Of a DNA stretch of 63,417 bases, positions 36,094-46,208 are shown piece after piece. This stretch comes from Deltaproteobacteria bacterium. GTDB taxonomy: Bacteria > CG2-30-53-67. Position 1 is the first letter of the stretch. Each line of letters starts with the position of its first letter. The stretch spans positions 1 to 63,417 of the forward strand of contig JAADIO010000011.1 of the NCBI GenBank assembly GCA_013151235.1. Reading direction: 5' to 3'. Both the position numbers and the translations under genes were made by a program. The notes below the pieces were generated by a model, which worked only from the letters and a program-made list of their open reading frames with translations, did not search any database and was not told where the DNA came from.

Positions 36094-36780
36094 TCAGCGG
36101 CGTTCACCAAAGAGAAGGGTTCCCACACGAACCATCGTTGCCCCCTCTTCTACGGCGACTTCAAAATCGTGGCTCATCCCCATGGAGAGATGCGTCATGG
36201 GCGTCCCGATAAGTCCTTCGGCATTGACCCGGTCCCGGAGTTCCCGGAGCCGCCGATAAATCGGCCTTCCTGATTCAGGGTCAGCGGAATACGGAGGAAT
36301 GGTCATCAACCCCTGAAGCTGAAGATGCGGCATCCCGGCAACCGCTTCAATCAGATCCGGCGCCTCGTCCGCCGCCACACCCGACTTACTCGTTTCTCCC
36401 GAGATATTGACCTGCACCAGGACGGGAAGACGCTTCTCCCGCTTGCCGGCCTCCCGTTCCAGTGCCTCCGCTACACGCAGACTATCGACGGATTGGACCA
36501 TTTCAAAAAGGGACACGGCCAGGGAGGCCTTATTGGTCTGAAGGTGGCCGATCAGATGCCAGGGGATTTTCTTCCCGATTGATGCGATTTTTTGCCGAGC
36601 CTCCTGGACCCGGTTCTCCCCCAGGACCTCAACTCCCGCGGCAATCGCCTCCTCTATGCGGGAGACCGGGACGGTCTTGCTGACCGCGACAAGGGTCACC
36701 GAATCGGGGTTGCAACCGACCTTCCGGGACGCCCGGAAAATCCGGGTTTGAATCTCTTCCAGATTGCGGACAATCGACAA
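36094..36780 (-). CDS. yggS: PLP homeostasis protein
   Basis: VAVSKT, GENRVQE, WHLIGHLQTNK, GLMTIP, LSMGMSHD, VRVGT. Confidence 0.95.
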   Translation of the reverse strand: MSIVRNLEEIQTRIFRASRKVGCNPDSVTLVAVSKTVPVSRIEEAIAAGVEVLGENRVQEARQKIASIGKKIPWHLIGHLQTNKASLAVSLFEMVQSVDSLRVAEALEREAGKREKRLPVLVQVNISGETSKSGVAADEAPDLIEAVAGMPHLQLQGLMTIPPYSADPESGRPIYRRLRELRDRVNAEGLIGTPMTHLSMGMSHDFEVAVEEGATMVRVGTLLFGERR

Positions 36781-36811
36781 GGGTTCGCCTTTCTTCCCCC
36801 GGGGGAGTCAA

Positions 36812-37627
36812 CTACTCCTCTTCCCGGAGCATGATCAAGGCCATCATCCGACCGGTCTCCCCTCCCCCGTTTTTCCGGTAGGAATAAAAGGTCCGTGGAT
36901 GACAGGCGGTACAGAGATCGACATGAAAGATACGGTCTTCCTCCAGCCCGCTTCCGAGCAACGCAAGGTGATTCATTTTCCGCAGATCGAGATAGACGGA
37001 ACCCTTCCTGCGGGACAGAACCTCCCCGGCCTCCGGCAAAAGGTGTTCCACCTCTTCTGCAATCTCCTCTCCCACTTCGTAACAGTCCCGTTCAATGGCC
37101 GGGCCGACGGCTGCATAAAGTTCCGCCGGCAAGGAGTGGAAGTCTCCGGCCATCCGCCGGACCACATGAGACAGGATCGATCGAAGACTCCCTGCCCGCC
37201 CTGCGTGGACCGCAGCGATGACCCGATGGACCGGATCGTAAAGAAGGACCGGAACACAATCGGCCGTGAGTACCCCGACGGCCACTCCCGGCTGGTCCGT
37301 TACGATGGCATCCGCTTCCGCCTGCCGGAATTCCACGGCGGGCGTCTCCTTTCGTTCAATCCGGATCACCCGGCTGCCATGAACCTGTTTCACCGTGTAG
37401 ACCTCCGGATTCCCCGCTTCGAGTGCCTTGATAAACACGCACCGGTTGATCTCCACCAGGTCCGGATCCTCCCCGACATTGAGGCTCAGGTTCATGGTCC
37501 CGTAGGCCCCCGCGCTGACACCTCCGATGCGGGTGCTGAAGCCGTGACGGATCTCCGGCAACGCCTCCAGGACCGGAACGGAATAGAACTTCACACCTTC
37601 ATGCACATGAACATTGTATTGCTTCAT
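36812..37627 (-). CDS. pgeF: Peptidoglycan editing factor / purine nucleoside phosphorylase (YfiH/PgeF)
   Basis: HGFSTRIGG, QVHG, ADAIVT, TADCVPVL, HAG, FYSYR; ATG 37627 overlaps the upstream stop (ATGA). Confidence 0.9.
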   Translation of the reverse strand: MKQYNVHVHEGVKFYSVPVLEALPEIRHGFSTRIGGVSAGAYGTMNLSLNVGEDPDLVEINRCVFIKALEAGNPEVYTVKQVHGSRVIRIERKETPAVEFRQAEADAIVTDQPGVAVGVLTADCVPVLLYDPVHRVIAAVHAGRAGSLRSILSHVVRRMAGDFHSLPAELYAAVGPAIERDCYEVGEEIAEEVEHLLPEAGEVLSRRKGSVYLDLRKMNHLALLGSGLEEDRIFHVDLCTACHPRTFYSYRKNGGGETGRMMALIMLREEE

Positions 37628-39399
37628 TCTTCCGCTTCCGTTTCTTCCGGTCCCCGGCAGACACCGCAACGCCCGCAACGCAGGTCCTCCGGACAGGGTG
37701 GCGTATAACTGCCCGTATTCGCCCTTTCGTACTCGCGAAAGAGGTAGTCTCTCCGGCACCCCTCCCCGACAATATCCCAGGGAAAAATCTCCTCCCGCTC
37801 TCTCGGCCGGAAGGGCCAGTCCCCGGCCCCCAAGGGATCCCGGCGGAGAACCCGGCTCCAGTTTCCCCGGTCCCGAACCACGGACAAGATCAGTGCCGAG
37901 AGCCTTCGATCTCCACGCGCAAACATCCCCTGGATGATCGCCCATTTCGGGAGATCATGAATCACCGTAATATTCCCTTCACGGCGCAGATTTTTTTTAA
38001 TATATCCTATTTTATTCGTCAATGCATCTTTTTTATTCATGGGAAACCACTGGAATGGAGTGGCCGGCTTCGGCACGAAACAGTTCAGACTCACCGTAAT
38101 CCTGCCGATCCGCCCCCGGGGTTTCCCTTCATCAAGCTGGACCTTCTTCATCTTCCGCACCAGTTCGACAATGGCATGGATGTCCGATTCTTCCTCAAAA
38201 GGGAGCCCCACCATGAAGTAAAGCTTGAGATTCAGGACCCCCGCAGCAAAGACCCGTTTTGCCGCACCGAGGATCGTCTCCTCCGTCAGGTCCTTGTTCA
38301 TCCGGTCCCGCATCCGCCGGCTCCCCCCTTCCGGCGCCAGCGTAACGGTCTTGTGCCCACTCTCCACCAGTGCATCAAGAAGGGTCGGGGTCAGTGAATC
38401 GGCACGGAGGGAGGAGACGGAAATTCCCGCCCCCTGCCGCCGCAGGCTTTTGAGCAGACCCTCCATGTACGGATAATCGGAAACCGCCGTACCGACGAGG
38501 CCGATCCGGTCGGAAAGTGTCAACCCGGCCCGAACCGACTCGAGGACGGCGGAAAGTGGTCGGAAACGGGGAGGGCGATAGAGATACCCTGCGGCACAGA
38601 AACGGCAGTGCCGGCCGCACCCCCGGTCGAGTTCGATCAGGAACATATCGTTCAGTTCCGTTTCGGGAGTGAGAATCCTGGAAACCGTGGGAAAACGGGA
38701 AAGGTCTGTAATCCGGCGGCGGGAAATCCGCTCCGGGAAACCGGGCGACGGTTCAACCCTGCTTATCCGACCGTAAGAATCAAAATTAAAGGTATAGGCA
38801 GAAGGAATGTAGACCCCGGGAAGATTTCGTAAAACGGGAAAAATTTCATCCGTGGGGGGAAACGAGGATGCGGAAACTCCGGCAATCCGGTCCAGCACTT
38901 CCGGAAGAAGTTCTTCTCCTTCTCCCACGAAGATCAGATCGGCAAAATCGGCTATCGGTTCCGGGTTAAGGGTCACGGCCACGCCGCCGATCCAGACCTG
39001 CGGATCGCGGCCGGGGCGTCTCTCCTCCCGGAGCGGCGGGACTGCGCCCCCCACCAGAATCTCCGCCAGGTGAACGTAATCGAGCTCGAAAGAGACGGAA
39101 AAGGCCAGGACATCAAAGGAGGCAAGGAGACTTCCCGATTCAAGGGACCGGTACAGCTCCCGTACATTTCCGGTTTTCTCCCTCTCTTCCCGGTCCGGCA
39201 GAAAAACCCGCTCACAGGAAATATCGGACCGCAGATTCAGCAGATGATAAATCGTCTGGAATCCGAGGTTGGACATCCCCACAGGATAGGTGTTCGGATA
39301 GACCAGGGCCACGCGGAGCCCGCCCGGCACGGGGTTCCATCTCTCGCCGTATTCGGAGGCAAGGCGTCCTCTCCGTTTCTCCTCAAAGGTACGAAACAT
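37624..39399 (-). CDS. Radical SAM protein with N-terminal B12-binding-like domain and Cys-rich C-terminus
   Basis: YPNTYPVGMSNLG, RGCGRHCRFC (CxxxCxxC), TLAPEGGS, KLYFMVGLP, FVPKPATPFQW, C-terminal CPEDLRCGRCGVC. Confidence 0.85.
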   Translation of the reverse strand: MFRTFEEKRRGRLASEYGERWNPVPGGLRVALVYPNTYPVGMSNLGFQTIYHLLNLRSDISCERVFLPDREEREKTGNVRELYRSLESGSLLASFDVLAFSVSFELDYVHLAEILVGGAVPPLREERRPGRDPQVWIGGVAVTLNPEPIADFADLIFVGEGEELLPEVLDRIAGVSASSFPPTDEIFPVLRNLPGVYIPSAYTFNFDSYGRISRVEPSPGFPERISRRRITDLSRFPTVSRILTPETELNDMFLIELDRGCGRHCRFCAAGYLYRPPRFRPLSAVLESVRAGLTLSDRIGLVGTAVSDYPYMEGLLKSLRRQGAGISVSSLRADSLTPTLLDALVESGHKTVTLAPEGGSRRMRDRMNKDLTEETILGAAKRVFAAGVLNLKLYFMVGLPFEEESDIHAIVELVRKMKKVQLDEGKPRGRIGRITVSLNCFVPKPATPFQWFPMNKKDALTNKIGYIKKNLRREGNITVIHDLPKWAIIQGMFARGDRRLSALILSVVRDRGNWSRVLRRDPLGAGDWPFRPREREEIFPWDIVGEGCRRDYLFREYERANTGSYTPPCPEDLRCGRCGVCRGPEETEAEE

Positions 39400-39436
39400 G
39401 CTTCACGGCCGGATTCATTGCATTGCAACCATGCAA

Positions 39437-40582
39437 TCAATCCAGCTGCTTTCTCAGAAAAGTGGGGACATCCAGGTCATTCGCATCATAATTCCCCCGC
39501 GTGTCCAGGTCCAGGTTCAATCTCCCTTTTCGCAGGTAGGTCGGTGTCTCGACGGCCTTTCCGCCGGCGAAGGTTTCAAAGTTGACCGCCTTCTTCAATA
39601 CCGTCTCCTCCGCATCCGCCGGAGCTTCCTCGAAACCGGTGGCGATCACCGTCACCTTCAGGGAATCCCCCAGGTTCGGGTTGATGGCGGAGCCGAAGAT
39701 GATGTTGGCTTCTTCATGGGCCTCTTCCTGGATAATACTGGTTGCCTCATTGATCTCATAGAGGGTCATCTCTTCCGTCCCGGTGATATTGATGAGGACC
39801 CGACGGGCCCCGTCCATGGAACCGTCTTCAAGGAGGGGCGAAGAGATCGCCTTGTGCGATGCCTCGACGGCCCGCCCTTCGCCGGTGGCAATCCCCGTCC
39901 CCATGACGGCACGGCCCCGGCCGGTCATGATGGCCCGGACATCGGCGAAGTCGACATTCACCAGCCCCGGCGTGGTGATCAGGTCCGAGATCCCCTGCAC
40001 CGCCTGGCAAAGGACGTCATCGGCGATCTTGAAGGCATCAAAGAGGGGGGTGGTCTTGTCGATGATCCCCAACAGACGCTGGTTCGGAATGACAATCACC
40101 GTATCGACGACCTCCTTCAGGTCGGCCAATCCCTGTTCGGCCTGGAGTGCCCGCTTCTTCCCCTCGAAGTTGAAGGGCTTCGTCACCACACCAACGGTCA
40201 GCGCCCCGGCCTCCCGCGCCAGCCGCCCGATCACCGGCGCGGCGCCCGTGCCGGTCCCCCCTCCCAGACCCGCGGTGATGAAGACCATGTCCGCGTCCTG
40301 GACACACTCCTTAATCCGCTCCTGATCCTCCAGCGCCGCCTGGCGGCCGATCTCCGGGTTCGCCCCGGCCCCCAGCCCCTTGGTCACCTTCGCACCGATC
40401 TGGAGTTTCAACGGTGCCAGATTGCTTCCCAGTACCTGGGAATCGGTGTTCACCGCGACAAAATCGACCCCCTCCAGTGCGGAGTGAATCATGGTGTTGA
40501 CGGCATTGTTCCCGCCGCCTCCCGCCCCGATGACGGTGATTTGTGCCTGCCGCATCACTTCTTCCGCAAATTCAAACTTCAT
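39437..40582 (-). CDS. ftsZ: Cell division protein FtsZ
   Basis: [22 protein letters not shown]-terminal [10 protein letters not shown]. Confidence 0.98.
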   Translation of the reverse strand: MKFEFAEEVMRQAQITVIGAGGGGNNAVNTMIHSALEGVDFVAVNTDSQVLGSNLAPLKLQIGAKVTKGLGAGANPEIGRQAALEDQERIKECVQDADMVFITAGLGGGTGTGAAPVIGRLAREAGALTVGVVTKPFNFEGKKRALQAEQGLADLKEVVDTVIVIPNQRLLGIIDKTTPLFDAFKIADDVLCQAVQGISDLITTPGLVNVDFADVRAIMTGRGRAVMGTGIATGEGRAVEASHKAISSPLLEDGSMDGARRVLINITGTEEMTLYEINEATSIIQEEAHEEANIIFGSAINPNLGDSLKVTVIATGFEEAPADAEETVLKKAVNFETFAGGKAVETPTYLRKGRLNLDLDTRGNYDANDLDVPTFLRKQLD

Positions 40583-40621
40583 CGGCTCTCCCCCTTTCTA
40601 TAAAGTTAAAAAAATCATTCC

Positions 40622-40657
40622 CGGCGGAGCCCCCGCTCAACGGGTGCTTCTCCGCCG
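40622..40657. other. GC-rich intercistronic stem-loop between ftsA and ftsZ
   Basis: CGGCGGAG (40622-40629) pairs with CTCCGCCG (40650-40657), with inner CCCG/CGGG. Confidence 0.55.
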
Positions 40658-40663
40658 ACCCTT

Positions 40664-41893
40664 TCAGAAGAATTCCCCCAGCCATCGTTTCATTCGTACC
40701 CAGGTCTTATTGAACAGGCCTTCGCCGGAAGGGGACAGGGCCGAATCGGCCAGGTTTTCAAACCCATACTGCACCAGCCCGATCGCCGTCGCGTACATAG
40801 GGCTGGAAATCACATCCACCAGCCCGCCGATGTCCCGGGGTTTCCCCAGGCGCGCCGGCAACTGCATGACCTCTTCGGCGATCTCCACGACCCCCTCCAG
40901 GAGGGCCGTTCCCCCCGTCACAACAAGGCCGGAGGCAATCATGTCTTCATATCCGGTTTTGACGATTTCCCGCTTGATCAGGCTGAACAGTTCTTCCACA
41001 CGGGGTTCAATGATCTCGCTCAAAATTTGTCGGGAGAGGATGCGAGGATCCCGTCCCCCGACACTGGGCACCTCAATCGTCTCGTCATCCCGGACCAGAG
41101 CGGTCTTGGCACAGCCGTATTTGATCTTGATCCGTTCGGCCTCACTGATCGGCGTCCGGATCCCGACGGAGATGTCATTGGAAACATTGTTCCCGCCGAG
41201 GGAGAGGACCGACGTATGCCAGATACTCCCGTCGAGGAAGATCACCATGTCCGATGTCCCGCCTCCTAAATCGACGAGGGCCACCCCTAATTCCTGCTCC
41301 TCCGGTGTTAAAACGGCAAGGCTTGAGGCAAAGGGTTCCAGCACAATACCCTTGACCTCCAACCCCGCCCGGTTGCAGCTCTTAATAATGTTGTGGACCG
41401 ACGCAACGGCTCCGGTGACGATATGGACCTCCGCCTCCAGCCGGACACCGGAGATCCCGACGGGGTCCTTGATCCCGTCCTGGTCGTCGACAATATATTC
41501 CTGGGGGAAGACATGGAGGACCTCACGATCGAGAGGAATGGAGATGGCCCGGGCCGCATCGATCACGCGGGCTACATCCCCGCGGCTGACCTCCCGGTCC
41601 TTCACGGCCACCACACCCCGGCTGTTCAAACCTTTGATATGCCCGCCGGCGATCCCGGCATAAACGGAATTGATCTCCGTTCCCGCCATCAGTTCCGCCT
41701 CTTCGACGGCCCGCTTGATCGTCTCGACCGTGCTGTCGATATTAACGACGACCCCCTTCCGCAAGCCCTTGGAGGGGCTGGTCCCCAGCCCGATGATCTC
41801 AATCTTCCCTTCGGCGTTTTTTTCACCGATCATCGCACAGACCTTGGTGGTCCCGATGTCAAGCCCTACGACGAGGCGATCCTTCTTCGGCAA
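40664..41893 (-). CDS. ftsA: Cell division protein FtsA
   Basis: GLDIGTTK, VDLGGGT, VVTGG, YATAIGL, C-terminal amphipathic WVRMKRWLGEFF. Confidence 0.97.
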   Translation of the reverse strand: MPKKDRLVVGLDIGTTKVCAMIGEKNAEGKIEIIGLGTSPSKGLRKGVVVNIDSTVETIKRAVEEAELMAGTEINSVYAGIAGGHIKGLNSRGVVAVKDREVSRGDVARVIDAARAISIPLDREVLHVFPQEYIVDDQDGIKDPVGISGVRLEAEVHIVTGAVASVHNIIKSCNRAGLEVKGIVLEPFASSLAVLTPEEQELGVALVDLGGGTSDMVIFLDGSIWHTSVLSLGGNNVSNDISVGIRTPISEAERIKIKYGCAKTALVRDDETIEVPSVGGRDPRILSRQILSEIIEPRVEELFSLIKREIVKTGYEDMIASGLVVTGGTALLEGVVEIAEEVMQLPARLGKPRDIGGLVDVISSPMYATAIGLVQYGFENLADSALSPSGEGLFNKTWVRMKRWLGEFF

Positions 41894-41962
41894 TGTCTCT
41901 TCCTCCCTACGGGGTCACAACTTCCCCGTCCCTTCTCTTTCCAGTTTGGAACGGCCATTCCT

Positions 41963-42808
41963 TCATGAGGCCACCTTTCGGACAACCCGGACCGGTCTTG
42001 CCGTTCGGACCACCACCTGATTCCGGAAACGGAGATCAATCGACTTGACCTTCCATTTGCGGTCCGCCAGGTCTTCCACGACCCGTTTCAGCCGGACAAG
42101 CTTCTGCAGAAAATCCTCCGATCCGCAGCAGATCTCAAAACCACCGGTCGAGGGATGGAGAATGAGCCCCCGGCGGGAGGACAATTCGATCTCCCCGATC
42201 TCCGACGGCGGAGGGTAACCGAAATTCTCCATGGTCTCCACCAGACACAGGGCCGCCCGCAACTCTTCCGTTGACGGTTTCCCTTTCTCCCGGACATGGA
42301 GCAACGGAAGAGGGGAACTCCTTTTCCCCCGGATACGCTCCAGGACCCGGCCTTCCCGGTCAACCAGCCGGTCACCTTCCGCGGTCCGGAGGCGGGCAAA
42401 GGGACGCCTTTCCCAAATCTTCAGATAGACATGATCCGGCAGTTCCCGCCGCAGGAAGGCCTCTTTTACGTAAGGCTCACGTTCGAGGTCCTGCTGCACC
42501 TGCCGCAGAGGGAGCCGAAAGATATTGGTCTTCAGGCGCCTTTCATAACGCCGGGCCACCTCTTCCGGCAAGTGATGATCGCCCACGATGGTAATCTCTT
42601 TCACTTCAAAATAAGGCGAGGTCAGCAGAGCATGAACGCCCGCGGCAAAAACCGAAAGGACCAGCAGAGCCGACAGGACCTTGCCCCCCTGCACCCCCCA
42701 TCGCCACAATGTTTCGCGACGTTTATTTTGACCCGTCTTCTGTTTGCGGACCTTCCGGAGAAGGAGTCTTCTTGAATTCCGGATCCGCTTGGTATGATAA
42801 TCTCTCAT
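41963..42808 (-). CDS. ftsQ: Cell division protein FtsQ/DivIB
   Basis: Basic N-terminus, TM, POTRA (RELPD..IWERRP), IDLRF; position between ddl and ftsA. Confidence 0.88.
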   Translation of the reverse strand: MRDYHTKRIRNSRRLLLRKVRKQKTGQNKRRETLWRWGVQGGKVLSALLVLSVFAAGVHALLTSPYFEVKEITIVGDHHLPEEVARRYERRLKTNIFRLPLRQVQQDLEREPYVKEAFLRRELPDHVYLKIWERRPFARLRTAEGDRLVDREGRVLERIRGKRSSPLPLLHVREKGKPSTEELRAALCLVETMENFGYPPPSEIGEIELSSRRGLILHPSTGGFEICCGSEDFLQKLVRLKRVVEDLADRKWKVKSIDLRFRNQVVVRTARPVRVVRKVAS

Positions 42809-42918
42809 CGCAACGTACCATTTCGGTGATCCGGTTTATTATAGTGATTACTTTTCGTCTTTAACCTTGCCTTTTCCATGCCTTGCTTTTCTCCATGTTC
42901 CTCATGGTGAATCCCTTT

Positions 42919-43875
42919 TTATTTTTCCTTTGACTCCCCGCCGGCCTTATTCCCGCGCAACGCTGTTTCTAAAATCCGCTCCACCAATTCCCCGAAAGGG
43001 ATCCCCGCCGCCTGCGCCGCCTTGGGCAGCAGACTGGTCGCCGTCATCCCGGGGATGGTGTTGACCTCAAGGACGGAAGGCCGCATCCCTTTGGCCAGGA
43101 TCAGGTCGACCCGGCTTACGCCCGAACAGCCGATCAGGCGATGAACCCGAAGAGCCGCCTGCTGAACCTTCCGGGTCACCGCCGGGGAGAGGGGCGCCGG
43201 AACCAGGTATTCCGTATCCCCCGATTCATACTTGGCGGCAAAATCATAAAAGCCTCCTGCGGGCCGGACCTCCACCACCGGCAGGGGGGTCTGGTCAAGA
43301 ATCCCGACCGTCACCTCCCGTCCGGGGACATATTGTTCCACCAGGACCTGATCGGAATAGGCCAGCGCCTGCCCGACAGCCTCCTGCAATTCACGGAAGG
43401 TTGCAACCCGGGCGATTCCGATGGTCGATCCTTCGTCGGCCGGTTTCACGACGGCCGGATAGGGGATACCGGAATAACGCTTCCTCCGCTCCTCGATGAC
43501 AACGAAATCGGGCGTAGGGATCCCGTGATAACGGAGGAGCTTCTTTGTAAGGATCTTGTCCATGGCAACGGCGCTGGATTTCACGCCGGAGCCGGTATAA
43601 GGAATGCCCAGGACTTCGAGAAGCCCCTGCACGGTCCCGTCCTCTCCCGCCTTCCCGTGGAGGCAGATAAAGGCAACCTCAATGCCGTGCCGCCGGATCA
43701 GCGAGACAAGATTTTCGGCCGCATCGAGGGAAACGGCTTTGTAACCCTTTTTCCGCAAGGCTTGAAGGACGGCCGTACCGCTCTTCAGGGAGACCTCCCG
43801 CTCCGACGAGGCCCCGCCCATCAGGACACCGACCTGCATCGATTTCAGGCTGCGCTTTTTCCGCTTTGCTTTCAC
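42919..43875 (-). CDS. ddl: D-alanine--D-alanine ligase
   Basis: GGASSEREVS, LHGKAGEDG, YDFAAKY, EVNTIPGMT. Confidence 0.96.
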   Translation of the reverse strand: MKAKRKKRSLKSMQVGVLMGGASSEREVSLKSGTAVLQALRKKGYKAVSLDAAENLVSLIRRHGIEVAFICLHGKAGEDGTVQGLLEVLGIPYTGSGVKSSAVAMDKILTKKLLRYHGIPTPDFVVIEERRKRYSGIPYPAVVKPADEGSTIGIARVATFRELQEAVGQALAYSDQVLVEQYVPGREVTVGILDQTPLPVVEVRPAGGFYDFAAKYESGDTEYLVPAPLSPAVTRKVQQAALRVHRLIGCSGVSRVDLILAKGMRPSVLEVNTIPGMTATSLLPKAAQAAGIPFGELVERILETALRGNKAGGESKEK

Positions 43876-43885
43876 AAAAGGTCCC

Positions 43886-44773
43886 TCATTCCTGACAACA
43901 CCCGCCGGGGGGAAAATCTCCTACCAGACGGATCTCCGGTTTCAGCACAATGCCGAAGCGCCCCTTCACTTTTTCCCGTACCTTCCCGATCAATTCCAGC
44001 ACATCCACGGCCCGGGCATGACCCCGGTTGACAATGAAATTGGCATGAACCTCCGAGACCTCGGCATCCCCCACCCGAACCCCCTTCATTCCGCAGAGAT
44101 CAATCAACCGTCCCGCCGTCTTGCCGGGGGGGTTTTTAAAGACACAGCCGGCCGAGGGGAGCGAAAGGGGCTGCTTCTTCTTTCGTTCGGCCCAAAGTTT
44201 TCGGATCGTCCTGAGAATCACGCCGGGGTCCCCTTGTTCCAGAATCAATTCCGCCTCCACGATCAGGCGGTCGTCCGGGAGTCCCGACTTGCGATATCCG
44301 AAGTCGATCCGGTCGGCCTCCCATCGTTCGAGCCGACCGTTCCGGTCCATCATCGTGACCGCCGTCAGGCGATCCGAGATCGACCCGTCACCTGTTCCGG
44401 CATTCATCCGGACGGCCCCCCCGACCGTCCCGGGGATCCCGGCAAGAAACTCCAGCCCCCCCCATCCCTCCCGGGCCAGGGACTGCAGAAGTTCCGGCAG
44501 AAGCATCCCGGCGCCGACCCGAAGATTCTCTCCTTCACGGTCCATTGCCTTCAAGGCACGCATCATAATCACCCTCCCCCGGATCCCGGCATCGGCCACA
44601 AGCAGGTTGCTCCCCCCGCCGACAACGACGATCTCCTCCCCCGGCGGGAGCCCGCGAAGAAGTTCGGCAAGATCCGAAATCGCGGCGGGGCGGTGGAAAC
44701 GATCGGCCGGCCCCCCGATTCTCCAGGTCGTATGCCATGCCATCGGCTCATCAAAAAGGATCTCCCCGCTCAC
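43886..44773 (-). CDS. murB: UDP-N-acetylenolpyruvoylglucosamine reductase
   Basis: [39 protein letters not shown]. Confidence 0.95.
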   Translation of the reverse strand: MSGEILFDEPMAWHTTWRIGGPADRFHRPAAISDLAELLRGLPPGEEIVVVGGGSNLLVADAGIRGRVIMMRALKAMDREGENLRVGAGMLLPELLQSLAREGWGGLEFLAGIPGTVGGAVRMNAGTGDGSISDRLTAVTMMDRNGRLERWEADRIDFGYRKSGLPDDRLIVEAELILEQGDPGVILRTIRKLWAERKKKQPLSLPSAGCVFKNPPGKTAGRLIDLCGMKGVRVGDAEVSEVHANFIVNRGHARAVDVLELIGKVREKVKGRFGIVLKPEIRLVGDFPPGGCCQE

Positions 44774-46149
44774 GCCTCGCCCAATCTCCGCAGCAATTCC
44801 TCTCCAACCTTATAGATATCGCCGGCCCCCAGGGTCAAGACAAGGTCTCCCGGCTGCAGACGGGAAAGAAGGTGATCCACGATCTCCTCCTTCTTCGGGA
44901 TCAAGGTCACATCCCGGTGCCCATGTCCCTGGATCCCCCGCATCAGTCCCTCGGCGGTCACACCGGGAATCGGGGTCTCTCCCGCCGCATAGATTTCCGT
45001 CAGCACGAGAAGATCGGTCTGATTGAAGGCGGTGGCAAACTCTTCGAGGTGGTCCCGTGTCCGGGTGTAGCGATGCGGCTGAAAAATCGTGACCACGCGA
45101 CCGGCCTGCATTCCTCTCGCCACCGACAGGGTCGCCTGAATCTCCGTAGGGTGGTGACCGTAATCATCGACGATCCGGATCCCTCCGGCCTCTCCGACAA
45201 GCGTGAAGCGGCGCTGCACACCGGCATAGGTCGTGAGTCCCTCCCGGATCACGTCCGGGGTCAGCCCCAGTTCCACCCCTACGGCAATGGCCGCCAAGGC
45301 GTTGAGAACGTTGTGGAGTCCGGGGGCTCCCAGTTCGAATTCTCCGATTGATTTCCCGCACAAGGTCACTTCAAAAAAACTTTTCAAACCGTTCTGACGG
45401 ATACGGGAAGCCCTCAGATCAACCTGGGCGGATGTGCCGTAGGTAAAGAACCGCTTCTTCACGCCGGGGATCAGCCCCTGTACGTGCAGGTCGTCGACGC
45501 AGAGTATGGAGAGCCCGTAAAAAGGGACCTTGTTGATAAATTCAAGAAAGGTACTTTCGATCTTCTCCAGGCTCCCGTAAAAATCGAGATGCTCCGCATC
45601 GATGTTGGTCACCACGGCGACGGTGGGAGAAAGCTGCAGGAAAGAGCCGTCCGACTCGTCGGCCTCGGCGACCAGAAAATCGCTCTGCCCGAGCCGTGCG
45701 TTGCTTCCGAGACTGTTCAGCCGTCCGCCGATTACGATGGTCGGGTCGATCCCCCCGTATCCGAGGACCGTCGCAATCATGGAGGTCGTCGTCGTCTTTC
45801 CATGGGCGCCGGCCACGGCAATCCCGTATTTCATCCGCATCAGCTCCGCCAACATCTCCGCCCGGCGGATGACCGGGATTAACCGGGCCTCGGCCGACCG
45901 AACCTCCGGATTGTCCCGGGAGACCGCCGAAGAGATCACCACCACGTCCACATCCTTGACATTGGCCTCACAATGGCCGAGATAAACCTGTGCCCCCAGA
46001 TCCCGGAGCCGCTCCGTCACCGCCGTCTCCTTGAGATCGGACCCGCTGACACGGTGTCCCAGATTGATCAGCACCTCGGCGATTCCGTTCATTCCCGAGC
46101 CGCCGATCCCGACGAAATGGACTTTCCGGGCCTTCTTGTATCGGTTCAT
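44770..46149 (-). CDS. murC: UDP-N-acetylmuramate--L-alanine ligase
   Basis: [34 protein letters not shown]. Confidence 0.97.
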   Translation of the reverse strand: MNRYKKARKVHFVGIGGSGMNGIAEVLINLGHRVSGSDLKETAVTERLRDLGAQVYLGHCEANVKDVDVVVISSAVSRDNPEVRSAEARLIPVIRRAEMLAELMRMKYGIAVAGAHGKTTTTSMIATVLGYGGIDPTIVIGGRLNSLGSNARLGQSDFLVAEADESDGSFLQLSPTVAVVTNIDAEHLDFYGSLEKIESTFLEFINKVPFYGLSILCVDDLHVQGLIPGVKKRFFTYGTSAQVDLRASRIRQNGLKSFFEVTLCGKSIGEFELGAPGLHNVLNALAAIAVGVELGLTPDVIREGLTTYAGVQRRFTLVGEAGGIRIVDDYGHHPTEIQATLSVARGMQAGRVVTIFQPHRYTRTRDHLEEFATAFNQTDLLVLTEIYAAGETPIPGVTAEGLMRGIQGHGHRDVTLIPKKEEIVDHLLSRLQPGDLVLTLGAGDIYKVGEELLRRLGEA

Positions 46150-46208
46150 CTACACTCCCAAAACCTTTTTCCCGTTTTTGAAACGTCCGCCTTCCCGGCT
46201 CATTCCAT

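Noticed and set aside
37628-37945. Extended PgeF N-terminus
   Set aside because: Overlaps the radical SAM gene in another frame; the ATGA-coupled start at 37627 fits the family
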